A stretch of 63,788 bases of DNA, the filler included, from Pseudogymnoascus verrucosus (Eukaryota), in the NCBI GenBank assembly GCA_001662655.1. It is 5 parts of 5 records of this genome, joined end to end, with 100 filler letters (N's around TTAATTAATTAA, not from the genome) between each part and the next. Parts side by side here need not be neighbours in the genome. Positions count along the whole stretch, not along the records: positions 13,786 to 27,341 come from KV460305.1; 4 more parts are not named here. One strand, given 5' to 3'. A program made the translations under genes and the position numbers. Below the pieces are notes generated by a model. That model made no database searches, was not told the DNA's origin, and saw only the letters and a list, made by a program, of their open reading frames with translations. Below, in pieces: positions 13,686 through 26,015 of the stretch; positions within the stretch are counted from its first letter, which is position 1; each line of letters begins with the position of its first letter.

Positions 13686-13785
13686 NNNNNNNNNNNNNNN
13701 NNNNNNNNNNNNNNNNNNNNNNNNNNNNNTTAATTAATTAANNNNNNNNNNNNNNNNNNNNNNNNNNNNNNNNNNNNNNNNNNNN
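13686..13785. other. Artificial scaffold-joining spacer N44-TTAATTAATTAA-N44
   Basis: Six-frame stop 12-mer centred in a 100-nt spacer; the same structure occurs four times in the window. Confidence 0.95.
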
Positions 13786-16700
13786 GTGAAAAGTGTTCTT
13801 AACCTTGTTACCATGGAGGATTATAGGTCAGCCAGGACTATGGTCTCCATGGCCATCCAGGAAGGCGGTGACAAGTTGCTAGAGAAGTTGCTTTCCCTCG
13901 GTGCTAAGCCAGGGATCTCATTCGAAGACTTCATCAAGTGTTACTTCGCTAAAAACGAATACGCCAAGAACAACACCGCCGAACAGAACTTGAAGACGTA
14001 TAAAACGATGTGCTCGCAGCCTATCGTCGTTGCTGCCGTACGCGAACTGCCGAAGATGGCAGCAGCACTGCTTGCCCATGGTGCCGATCCCAGCACAATT
14101 ACCATCGCCGGCCAGACAGCTCTTACCGCGACATATAGTTATAACTCGATCGCAGCAACTACTGTTCTTGACGTGGTGCAGCGAAAACTCAGAAGTTTGA
14201 AGGAGCACAAAAGGTTGGAATGGCCAGCAAATAAGGTGCCGACCACCTTGCAAGAGGAGGCATATTACCTCAAGGATCTTAAGCCGGGAACATATAAACA
14301 CTGGACCGCGCTAAACCGATACAGGCATGTCAAGGCTGAAAATGACGCGGAATGGGTATCTTATAAGAAAAGCCTTGAAGTTGCGAGTGACTTCGAATCT
14401 GCTGTGGACGCGAAGATGTCGGCGATTCAGTCGCTCATCGCCCAATATGAAGAGCTTGAAGAGACTCTTATTGGAGCTGGAGCAAAGACGTTCCAAGAAG
14501 CTCACTCCCACATTAAATTTTTGGATGCGGCAAACGACCATCGCAAACCAGACCCATCGTCTAATGCAGATGTTAGCATATACGCGACACTCTTCTCATT
14601 CAGCGTGCCAGCTTTAAGCGACTATCTCATGGAAGGCTATTTTAGACTGTTTGAAGCTGTCTGGAGTAACGACATTGACGAGGTTAAATCGTTAACTCTT
14701 AGACCTTGGAAGAGCGAGGATGGACAAGAACACCCGGCTTTGCAGATAGCTGTTAAAGACTCTATCCCTGAAATAAGCCGATATAGCTTTGGTTACAGCT
14801 CCAGCTTAGGCTTCACACGAAAGGGGTTTACAGGCGTGTCTCCATTCTCACTTGCAGTTCTCCGGGGACCTTCGCATTACAGGATGGCCAAGGTAATTGT
14901 TGAAATTGCGCTTGCGCAGTACGAACCACGGGACAACGAGGGAGGAAAGAGCAAATGGAGCATTGATTACGACCAGGCTGGCTGCTGTTCCGACCACGGT
15001 TCGGATTCTGAGGATTCTGATGACGATGACCACTCACAGATTGGCCTTCGTAGTGAGCTTGTTGATGAGGTGTTCACTATTGATAACGTTGCCGCTCTTT
15101 CAACGGTTATCAAGAGCCATGTTAAGCCTTCGGACATGCTGCACTGGCCATGCAATGCTCGTTGGTTCATAGACGAGAAAGAGCGCCCAAAAGAGGACGT
15201 CATTGGGACACAGAGCAGCTTGGTTCACTACGCTATAGTCACTAACGACACCAAACTTCTCAAGTTTCTCTATCAAATCGCCGAGGAGCAAGCTGTTCAC
15301 TTCCCCAACGAGTCGCCATCCCCTATCGAGGCTCTGACACAGTATAACTTTGACCAAGCCATAAGACTGGGGCGTACCGAAATTCTTGGGGAAATGATCA
15401 GGCGAACTGGCGTTGGGATTCCGCTTGATCATCTTGTTGAGTCGAGTGGTATCAAGCTTCCGGAGGAGAAGCCACAGTACTATCAAGGTTTGAACGTTGG
15501 CGGGAAGAAGAATGCTAGATGGGCTCAGGCAGGGAATCCGAACGGTGATGGCTACATCTACAGGGTGAAAGAGACAACGCCGCCTCTCCTGAAAGCTGCA
15601 AAATGGGGAAATCTCGCGTCCGTACAGTGGTTCTTGAGCGATCTTCCTACGATTAAGTACCTTGAGTTTGCTGCTACAAATGAGAATGATAAGCGGGTGG
15701 TGGCGCTATCTAATTCTGAGAACGGCTTCAAGGGGACTGCTACGAAATGGCTTAGCATGCGTCGTAAGTTATCATCGTCCACTAATAGGTATAAATATGC
15801 TAACAAAAGTAGATGAACTCCTCCTTCATGTTGTAGTCATGACGACACCATCGGAAGACGACCTGCCTGAGCACATGGAACTCGTCAAATACATAGCTAC
15901 AGCCGATGCCTCCCTCCTCGAAAGCCGCTCCCTGGGTGGCTTCACGCCATTGCACCTCGCATGCACCCGCCGTTCCAAGGACGTCATTGAAGCCCTCCTC
16001 GCACTGGGTTCCAAGGTCCGCAGCCGCGACGCCACCGGCCGCAACATGATCCACCATCTCATCTGCACCGGAGAAAGGAGTTCCACGTGGACAACAGAAT
16101 GGGAAAAGCGCAACACCCTCGCCTCTTTCTTCTCCCTCTTCAAGAAGAGAGATGTGACGGAGATGCTCCTCGAGCGCGACATCCTAGGCTTTACTCCCTT
16201 CGCCCTCTGGCAGTCGCAATGCGACGCCGATTCACGCGGCGAATCCCCCCACTCATCTACCATCCCCGAGACTGTGTCCTCCTACACCGAGGGCCAGCAC
16301 TTGACTATCATGAACTCGGTCGGCGACCTTCCGTTGCACGTGGCTATTAAGCAAGGCCGCCCACTTCACGTGCGCGAGTTCCTGTTGCAGAACCCCCAGA
16401 CGCTGGGCCGCGAGAACGCAACGGGTATTACTGCCTTGGAGCTAGCGCAGCAGAAGCTGCAAAGTGCAACGGTGGAGGGGCTCAAGTCGAGCGCGAGATC
16501 ACGCGTATCCCAGTGGCGAAATAATGAAATCTACAACGAGGGGCTAGAGACGAAGGATTGGCGTGAGTTCAAGCCCCAAGAGGCAGCATCGGAAGATTCC
16601 AAGGAGAGGATGAAGGCAAAATTGCTGAAGGGGAATATNNCGGCGGAGAGGGTGGAGGCTGATGGGGGAGTGCTGAAGAGGAGACTGGTGTCGTTGGGGG

Positions 16701-16900
16701 AGGCGAATGAGGTTGCGAGACGTATGGTGGTGGCGCAGGCGAAGGCGTCGGCGTCGAGGATTCAGCAGCATTATTTGAGTGGGAATGCTGGGGAGGAGGA
16801 GGCGGGGAAGGTGGAGTGGGATGAGGTTGTGGCGGCGATGGTGCATAGGGGAGGACAGGGATGGGTTTTGAGAGGGAGGGCGGTTGTTAATATTGTTTAG
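13786..16900 (+). CDS. Large ankyrin-repeat protein, 5'-truncated by the scaffold start
   Basis: Ankyrin-like units GFTPLHLAC, GRNMIHHLI, GDLPLHVAI, GITALELA, TPPLLKAAKWGN. Intron 15764-15812 links the two long ORFs. Confidence 0.85.
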
Positions 16901-17073
16901 CTTTAGGGGGCTGATTTGGCTTTGGCTTATGCATAATGGCTTTCATAGTTTGGGCAATTGTTTTTCTTAGCTTTTAGTCTTGCTTTAGCACAATCTAAAT
17001 TCTCATTCTTAAATCTCTCTATTCTTCTCATCCACACTATCCACACTATCCACACTATCCAACTCTATTTACT

Positions 17074-20014
17074 CTACGGCTTCGGGAACACAACACTCCA
17101 ATCCCTTCCAATCCCCACCTTCGGATTCTTCACCTCCGCCCAGCTCGCCGTCCCCTTCGCACCCGCATGCCACACCAACGGCACGCTCCTCTCCNNNNNN
17201 NNNNNNNNNNNNNNNNNNNNNNNNNNNNNNNNNNNNNNNNNNNNNNNNNNNNNNNNNNNNNNNNNNNNNNNNNNNNNNNNNNNNNNNNNGACGAGAGCGT
17301 ACCCGTCGCTCCATTGAGGGAGAAGGAGCGGTGAATGTACGCGCCCTGTTCGAACTCAAAGGTCTGCCCGTCATCGACGTAGAGCTCGCCCTGGGCGTTG
17401 CTGGCACTGTCGAGGGTGACGACGAGGGTGTATGGATCGTATCGCATTAGGTCGCTGCTGCGGCGGGGGCGGTCTTTGCGGGGGATAATGTGCCCGGCCT
17501 GCATGAGGACTGGGATGGTATCCAGCGGGGCCTGGACGGTGTGTGTGCCGTGTCCCTGGTAGGTTTTATAGGTAAAGTAATCGTAGTAAACCTGGTCATC
17601 CGGCAAGTACGCCTCGACGCTCGTGGCACCCTCAGTGACGACGGGGTGGACGAGGAGGCCCGTGCCGCCGACGAAGAATTGGTCGTCAATTGCGAAACCG
17701 GCCTCGTCGCCGGGGTAGACGAAGTAATGGGGGCGGATGATGGGAGTTCCATTCACGGAGGCCTCGTGGAAGGCGGTGTACCATGCTGGGAGGAGGGAGT
17801 AGCGGAGGCGGAGGGCCTGGGTGATAATCTCGGTGTATGGAGTACCGATGAGGTAGGGCTCACGTCTGCGGGTGTCGATGTGGGCGTGCCCGCGGAAGAA
17901 GGGGTAGAAGGCACCGGCTTGGTACCAGCGAGTTAGGAGGTCTTTCTCGGGGTTACCGAAGAAGCCGCCGACGTCGGCGCCGGCGAAGGGGAAGCCTGCA
18001 ATACCGTTGGCGAGGACCATGGGGAAGGAAGCGGCGAGGTGAGACCATTTGGCTTCGTTGTCACCGGTCCACATGGCGCCCAAACGCTGGGAGCCTGCGA
18101 AGAAAGAGCGCGTGAGAACGAATGGGCGCTGGGGCGCCTCGGACTTCTCGCGGGTAAGCAGGGCTTGGTAGGTGGCGTTGTGGAAGGTCATGCCGTTGAT
18201 GTTGTGGAGATCACGGTGCTCCCAGTTGCCGTGATGGAGGTTGTCTTTCGGCATAGTGGTTTCAGGACCGTTGAAGACAGAAGGCTCGTTCATGTCGTTC
18301 CAGATGAAGGTGTTGGAGAGACTGCCCTTGAACGCACTGTATTTGAATAGGCCAGTCCACCACTTGATGGCGAGTGGGTTGAAGGCATCAATCCAGTGGG
18401 AGGACCCAGGCCAACACCAGCCTTCGTAAATGTCGCCGTCTTTGTTGTGGACCGCCAGATCCTTCTTCTTCATCTCGTCCACGACGTGGTAGCCACCCTC
18501 GTTCTTGATGTGGGGGTCAATAATAGCAACAAGTTTTCTTCCATGCTCATCAAGTTGCTCGCCCATGCCAATCGGGTTAGCGAAGGTGTGGGGATCCCAG
18601 GTGAAGTATTTCTTTCCGTCGGTGTACTCAATATCAAGCCAGATGACATCGTATGGAATCTTGAACTTGTCCATCTTACGATCAACGTCCTTAACATCAT
18701 CGTCCGTGACATAATTCCAGCGGCACTGGTGGTATGCGATGGCGAAATCCTGTGGAAGTTGAGTGTATCCGGTAAGCTCACCATATGCCGTTGTGACGTC
18801 TGTGGGTGTTGGGCCCAGGAAAACAAACACATCCAAGAGGCCGCCCTCTGAGACCCAGTGTGTCTTGGTATCGGTTTTGGAACCAATGCCCAGGCTCAAT
18901 GGGTTGTGGGCTTCTGTCTCTTTGATGACATCAACCCACGTCTCGGCACCATTGAGCCAGAAGACACCAACAGTGGAATCCTTCTTATGAGCCTGCATAA
19001 AAGGAATAGAGCCATAGAGCGTCATTGGGCTGTCCACAATATACTCGAAGACATCCGCATTGTACATACGGTATGGCTCATCGTAGTTGCCATCGCCTCC
19101 CTTCGTCGTCTTCAACGAGAGGGGTCCCGAATGCTCAGGAATACCATAAACGTGGCTATAACCTGGGAATGTGATGTCCAAAGCTACACTCTCCGGTCCA
19201 CGGGGCTTCGTATCAGTGTTTCCGCCGAACGACTCATCCCACCATGTGGAGTCATCAACTGATCCTTCTACATTCTCTTCAGAAGCCGCCTCCTCTCCCT
19301 CCTTCACTTCCTTCACTTCACGCTCAATCTTTGCACGCCAGTGCTCGACATTAATGAGGCCTCTGTCATTGAGCTTGATTTCCGTGACACCGTTTCGCTT
19401 GAACTCCATGCGGAATGGGGAATGGCCGATGACAGCTTCGAACTCCTTGTTGGGTCCATATCGAACGGTCGTCGTCTCCTTATTCCTTTCAATAACTTCT
19501 GCATCTTTGTTCAACTCTAGCCCTCCAACAAGTGCCCAGTCTGCGGCTTCGTTATAGCGTTCCTTCCTGGCCTTGCTGTTGTGTCTCAACTCAATATCGC
19601 CGTTCTTTCGCTTCTCTTCGTCGACCGTAACCCTGGCAGTTCCTGACTGCAAGAATGATATAGTAACGGGCAATTTAACAAATTGACCTTGCGTATCAAG
19701 AGCCTTGACTATAACCGCTTGCAGTTGGCCACCAGAGAATGTGATTGTCTCGTCTGCGATCGAGTATGGTGCGACCCACCGATTTCCTTCTTCGGCAGCA
19801 GTCGTTGCATATTGTCGGTTTCTCTTGCAAAAGCCTGATTGATCACAGGTCTTGAAATTTTCAGTCTTTACCATGACTACATAGTTGTTAGTAATACTCC
19901 AGGCGAAGGGGGGTTCCTGGGAGCTTTACCAGCTGGGGTAAATAGACAACATAACGCTGACAGGAACACAAAGTATGCTGTCCACCGCGAGGACAGCAGT
20001 ACTGCTGACCGCAT
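17074..20014 (-). CDS. GLS2: Alpha-glucosidase II catalytic alpha subunit (GH31)
   Basis: Signal-peptide exon MRSAVLLSS..., intron 19877-19929, FKTCDQSGFCKRNR, catalytic WNDMNEPSVF and WTGDN. The 3' end continues across an N gap to TAG at 17074. Confidence 0.95.
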
Positions 20015-20435
20015 TGTAGATATCAATAAAGACTCAACAATTGGCCTGCAATTCGAATTTTATGCAAATAAAAAGAACGTGGTTGTTAAATAGGAGCACT
20101 CTCTCTCCCCTTGGTGGACATTTCCAAGCTTAGCTGTCTACTCGGATAACCGTCGTGGTGCCAATGCCAACGACAGCCAAGCTACGTCAATAACTGCCGT
20201 GAAATTCAGGCACACATCTTACAATTCGCCAAGCTAAATACCCCACCAACGGGTTGCTCGTGTAGTGGGGGCTATCACACACAGCAAAACCCAAATTATC
20301 CCAATGGCCGACTCTAACACATCTAATCCACCTACCGAACCTACCATCTACAAGTTTGTTAGTCCCAAGACTCAAGGTTATCTCAGAGCAGCAGCAAAGC
20401 ACAGAGCCGAACAAGAAAACTCTCAAACCAACAAC

Positions 20436-21307
20436 ATGTCTAACGAGCAGACGTGAGTTCCATTCCCCTTCTTGGCTTACGAAAGAGGGGTAATGTGGCG
20501 GTGAGGGGTCAAGCTGACAGTGGGAATAGCTTCATTGCCATCAAGCCCGATGGAGTCCAGGTATGTCATGAAATCCCACGCCTTAATACCCTTCAAACCA
20601 GCAGTACTGACTTCTATCACAGCGTGGACTCGTCGGCCCAATCATCAGCCGCTTCGAGGCTCGTGGGTATGTCATAATGCCATCTGTCAACATCAACAGC
20701 TTCACTGACGTCTCGTAGTTACAAGCTGGCTGCCATCAAGCTGTGCACTCCTGGCAAGGAGCACCTCGAGAACCACTGTTAGTACCAAACACATACATAT
20801 CTCTCATGTCTCGACCGTGCTGACAACAACACAGACTCGGATCTCTCCACCAAGCCTTTCTTCGCTGGCCTCGTTGAGTGTATGCTCACCTCGCCTCACA
20901 CCGCCAATGCCAAACACACTGACAACATATAGACATGAACTCTGGCCCAATCTGCGCCATGGTCTGGGAGGGCCGTGATGCTGTCAAGACCGGCCGCAGT
21001 ATGTCCCTCATGCCCCTCATCTTGACGCAAACCAGCTAACAAATCTTAGCTCTCCTCGGTGCCACCAACCCCTTGGCATCCGCCCCCGGCACCATCCGCG
21101 GTAAGACATCCCCCAAACCCCACCCTTAGATATAGTTTGCAGCAACTGACATCTCATCCAGGCGACTACGCCATCGATGTCGGACGCAACGTCTGCCACG
21201 GCTCCGACAGCGTCGAGAACGCCAAGAAGGAGATCGCTCTCTGGTTCAAGCCTGAGGAGGTCATCTCCTGGACCTCGGCCCAGGCCGCTTGGGTCTACGA
21301 GAAGTAG
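20436..21307 (+). CDS. NDK1: Nucleoside diphosphate kinase, 8 exons
   Basis: Spliced product [19 protein letters not shown]...[11 protein letters not shown]...PGTIRGD...NVCHGSDS...WVYEK with seven GT-AG introns. Confidence 0.95.
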
Positions 21308-21823
21308 ATGCGCGATCCCCGTGCTCTGCTTTCCCTAGAAAAGTATAATCTTTCAAATGACCGTTGGACGTAGATAGAACGAATCATGAAAATTATCAAG
21401 GGTGCTATGCTGTTCAATATGAGATGTGATAGTGTTATTATGTTATGGTGTAGTTGTTAGTTGTTATGTGTGAGGTTGTTGTTGTTGATGGATTTTATTG
21501 AAATTATCTGCGCTTATTATCCGTGCTCGGCGCCTGCCGAGACGCGGCTGTCAGCATGTAAGCTCGGCGAGCTCGGCGACCAACCTTATAATAACCAACT
21601 TATCCACTCCAAACCACAAATATCCAAATCATAATAATGATTTCTAGCACCTCACGCAAACCGCCCTGATTATAGCCGTCATAAAATTTACGTCACTCCT
21701 CAATTTCCACCAACAATCCCCACAACCCGTGAATTGTGTGTCCTCTTGGCAACTAAATTTATATCACCTCTACGGATCTATCAACTACTTCACCAACATC
21801 CAGCGCCAAAAAGAAAAGAAACA

Positions 21824-22429
21824 ATGCGTCCCGCACTCCTCCGCCCTCTCCGTCGCCTCTCCCCCGGCCGCCCCTACACCACCACCAAGCCCCCTTCTCC
21901 AACCCCTGCCCCCGCAACCCCACCTGACACATCCACACGCACCCGCCTCAACAAGCTCCTCGACCGGACCCCCAAATTCCTGCACCCCTACACAAACGGT
22001 CTCCGCAACGCCCCAGTCAGCCACATCATCTCCTTCCTCATCCTCCACGAGCTAACCGCCATCATCCCTCTCATCGGTCTCAGCGCCGCCTTCCACTATT
22101 CAGAGTGGACGCCAGAGTGGATGAGGGAGAGGGGGGAGGAGTATGAGGGGCGGTTTAGGAGGTATTTTGGGCGGAAGGGGTGGTTTGGTGTGGAAGCCGT
22201 AGGGGATGGTGGGGTGGCTGCGAGTGGGGTGGATGGGGTTGCGGAGGGGGAGGGGATGAAGGCGGAAGGGGGCGGGGGAGGGGTAAGGATCGTGATGGAA
22301 GTTGCGACGGCGTATGCGGTTACGAAGGTCTTGTTGCCGGTAAGGATTGTGGGGAGTGTATGGGCGACGCCGTGGTTTGCGAGGGTGGTTGTGGGGAGGT
22401 TTAAGAGGTTGGGGGGACTGGGGAGATAG
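21824..22429 (+). CDS. FLILHELTA-family mitochondrial protein (Mrx11-like)
   Basis: Contains the literal FLILHELTA motif and ATAYAVTKVLLPVRI..SVWATPWF; Arg-rich presequence-like N-terminus. Confidence 0.85.
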   Translation: MRPALLRPLRRLSPGRPYTTTKPPSPTPAPATPPDTSTRTRLNKLLDRTPKFLHPYTNGLRNAPVSHIISFLILHELTAIIPLIGLSAAFHYSEWTPEWMRERGEEYEGRFRRYFGRKGWFGVEAVGDGGVAASGVDGVAEGEGMKAEGGGGGVRIVMEVATAYAVTKVLLPVRIVGSVWATPWFARVVVGRFKRLGGLGR

Positions 22430-22748
22430 CTTTGTGGTTTGGGAAGGGGAGGAGGATGGATGTGAACTAGGGCGAAGGGGATTGGGATGAAAGATGTATG
22501 TATAGAGGCTACTGCGAAGATCCGCAGTGGATATTGTATAATAGACAGTTGTTTCGGCGAATATATGGGAAGACCGAGAGACAAGGTATTTAGCCAACCA
22601 GGTATCAGTAGACGAGGCTGCGAGTCTTCAACTTAAACATGCCTAATATATACTCACAACGCGTATATCATCATAACTCTTGTCGTCACCCCTTAACCCC
22701 AAAGTCAAAAACCTATCCCTAAGCACGAATCCCGTAAGCCAAAACACC

Positions 22749-23160
22749 ATGTCTACCAACAAACCCCGTAAAAAGACACCTACGCGTAATGCCTCATCGC
22801 GCTCGCCGACTCGTACGTCGACCTTGGAGGAGCAGCCTCTTCAGAATAGCAGTAGCTCGCCGCCACGCAACAGCGAAAAGCAAGTCCATGAGAATATATT
22901 TCTTTTCTGGCCAAATATCATCGGTATCCCCCCCTCCCTACCNNNNNNNNNNNNNNNNNNNNNNNNNNNNNNNNNNNNNNNNNNNNNNNNNNNNNNNNNN
23001 NNNNNNNNNNNNNNNNNNNNNNNNNNNNNNNNNNNNGGTGAGTTGTCTCTAGTTTGGATGTACTGGTAATGGTAGTGGCCGGGTTAGAAACTAATTAGCT
23101 AGGTGCTGGGAGGCGTAGAGGATCCCATCTTACTAAAGCCCAAATGCGAGCGTGATATGT
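22749..23160 (+). pseudogene. Phosphatidylinositol synthase-like 5' fragment (truncated or mis-gapped)
   Basis: ENIFLFWPNIIG matches the PIS N-terminal motif and is followed by a donor and an N gap. No CDP-alcohol phosphotransferase motif is visible downstream. Confidence 0.5.
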
Positions 23161-23248
23161 AAGAAAGATTTACGAGGGTTCAATCACATCTCCACACCTT
23201 CAACAGGCAATTCCTTCCTTCCACATATTATAATATCTCAAAAACCCC

Positions 23249-23408
23249 GAGGAAATTGCGACAGTAGGCTTGCTTGATAATCATACCTTCCGTATTTATC
23301 ACCTAAAAAGATTCTGAGGAAGTTGCGACTGGGACTTTGCTTGAAAATCATGCCTTCCATATTTATCACCTTAAGATTCTAAGGAAGTTGCGACATAGGC
23401 TTTGCTTG
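23249..23408. repeat. About 66-bp degenerate tandem repeat (2.5 or more copies) running into an N gap
   Basis: GAGGAA.TTGCGAC...TTGCTTGA.AATCAT.CCTTCC.TATTTATCACCT units start at 23249, 23316 and 23381. Confidence 0.75.
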
Positions 23409-23813
23409 NNNNNNNNNNNNNNNNNNNNNNNNNNNNNNNNNNNNNNNNNNNNNNNNNNNNNNNNNNNNNNNNNNNNNNNNATAGCATCGACGAACAAACT
23501 CATTCATTCACGCGGCACCACACCCCCCTTTTTTAGTTCAAGCATCCGTATATGGTCATCAAGCCTTCATTCAGCGATCGCTGATTTATCTATCCGCGCG
23601 AATCCTTCTACGAGGGGTTGCATGCCTGCTATCAAATGCATGACATGATGATAACTCCTTTTGATACATGCGCCTGAAAATATCTCCACCCCGCTCGCTC
23701 TCTCTCTAGCCCCTTTCATCCATCCCCTCATGAGTAAGTATACTAATCCCATGTCTCTGCCGGTTGGTTTTTGGTGTGCTCTAACAGCTTCTGATGATGC
23801 GGTAATGGTGCTA

Positions 23814-25337
23814 TCAGACGCCGGTCACGTCTGGTAACCGTACGGCGATGTCGCCGGACTGCGTGATGTAGCGCACCCATGGGAGGGATGGGTATTGTAA
23901 CTACATAGCACATTAGTATCAGAAACCACCGTGAGACGGGGAATATACAACATACCTTCGGCTCGATAATCTTCAGATACCTGACCTGAATCCCACTAGT
24001 CGTAAAGTACGGAATCTCAAACTTAACACTAATAGGTCTCTTCGCCCCCTTCCCCCCCACCCCCCCCATACTCCCCCCAAACCCCCCCATCATCCCACCC
24101 CCCTGATCATCATCGCCCTTCACACTCGGCAGCCCCAGCTCCGCACGCATCAGAAACTCCTTGTTCCCACCAAACTGCTTGATCTTCCAGACAATCGCGC
24201 TCTTCTCCGGCGCATAATGGACGCTCCCGATATTCGTCCTGAAGCGGGGACTATCGGCGTCGTTGGGGACGGGGACGATGATCTCGACGTTGTTGGCTGT
24301 GCTGCGGCGCTTGAATTGCGATTTGGCTTTGAGGAGGTACTCGATGCGCGAGCCGCTGTGGTTCTCGACTACGCACTCGACCCAGATCAGTGGCTTGACT
24401 TGGGTGTTTAGTCGGTAGGACATGAGTTCGAACTCTCCGTCGGGAGGGATGAAGGAGATGGTTCTGTCGTTCTCAAAGCGCGAGAGGCGCACACACTGGT
24501 GGAATTTCACGTCTTCCATCTCGATTGCCTTGCCGCGGGTGGCGCGGCCGGTGGTCTCGAACATGACTTTGTCGTTGAGGCCGAGGCGCAGCTCGGGCAT
24601 ACCGGAGAGGTAGCATTTCATCTTGACTGCGCCGAGGATCTCGGAGCGGAGGACGTTGCCGGTAGAGGAGACGAGGAGGTTGAGTGACTCGACGACATCG
24701 AGGAAGACTTCGTTTTTCCTGTAACGGATGCCTTCGGAGCGCCAGGAGACGGCGTTGGTGACGGCGATTGGGGGGCGTGCTTGGACCTCTAGCTTGTGTG
24801 ATTCTTGTGTGATGTATTCTTGGAGGATCTTGGACTCGGTGGTTTGCGGGTAGCCGAAATCCATCATCTCGTCGAGGAGCTCGTAGATGACGACGAAGTT
24901 GTCCCGGATGGATTCTTCCTCGAGCTCCTTGAAGTATTCGGTGAAGACCTCGACGATCTTGTGGAGGAAGAGGAGGATCTCGGCGGCATTTGTGTTTCGT
25001 TTGGTGAGGGCAAGGAGGTAGAGGTTGTTGTGTCTGATATAGAGGTACTGGAAGAAAGAAGGCGGTGTCAGCTACCTTGACCTCCTCGAAACGAATTGAT
25101 TGCAACATACGTTTATCCCTTCGTCGGAGAAACAGGGCGGTACTGCAGAGCTCTCTTCTTCGGCATCACTCAGAAGGATAGGGAACTTTTCCACCGCAGA
25201 CATGGGGATGTCTCCTCTGTAGTTGCGAGCTAAAAGGGTCTATACACATCATCAGCAATTGTGGCCACGATATATTTGTCGCCGCCGAGGTCGCCCACCT
25301 TGCCCTTGAGATCAAGGAAGAACACAGCTGATGCCAT
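23814..25337 (-). CDS. APM1: AP-1 adaptor complex mu-1 subunit
   Basis: MASAVFFLDLKGK, DEMMDFGYPQTTE, WRSEGIRYRKNEVFLDV, FIPPDGEFELMSYR, LPWVRYITQSG; three introns. Confidence 0.95.
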
Positions 25338-25938
25338 GATTTCGAGGCCTTCTGGCCAGTCCTAATAATAAATAAAGAGCTTTATTATATCATTTGTCGG
25401 CGCGGGATAAGTAAATGCACATTCAACGGTCGTCCTGCGATAATAACCCCCCACAATGCGCTTCGAGGGTCACCTTGCTATGGCTTAGCGCGAGACACTC
25501 AGGCGCCCAGGCGCGAACCCCAACCGAGACTAGCGCATAGCTTGTCGAAAAATGGGTTATAAAATATTCCGGCCGGCTCCTCAACTTCCTTTTTCTTTTC
25601 TTCAACGCGCCCTTTTAGACAGTGCAGCTCAACATTTAACACGCTTGACGGGGCGTTATGCCTTTAGTCTCCAGTGGGATCAATTGATGAGTATCGCGAT
25701 TTCGCGGTGCGGAGACGAACTATTGACGGTACCATAAAGAGCTGGCCGAGCATTGTCTTGGACAACAGATTGCTTGGGCGGCGTCAGAGGGACCATACAA
25801 ACTTGTGACGACTAGAGGATCTTTTATATATATATATAGCGATGGCTGTATTGGCAAGCATAGCAAGCCTTTGCCGTGTCGCAAAATACAAGCACTTTTA
25901 ATGCATCTATCGGTCTTTTTGGTTCCTTTTTTTGACTG

Positions 25939-26015
25939 GTCACGTTTGATCCAGCCTTATTGTCGACTCGTCACGTTTGATCTAGCCTTATTATTGAGTC
26001 GTCACGTTTGATCCA
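25939..26015. repeat. 31-bp tandem repeat GTCACGTTTGATC.AGCCTTATT (2.5 copies)
   Basis: Copies start at 25939, 25970 and 26001. Confidence 0.8.

Noticed and set aside
13730..13741. Recurrent palindrome TTAATTAATTAA as a biological element
   Set aside because: Always centred in exactly 44+44 Ns; an assembly linker.
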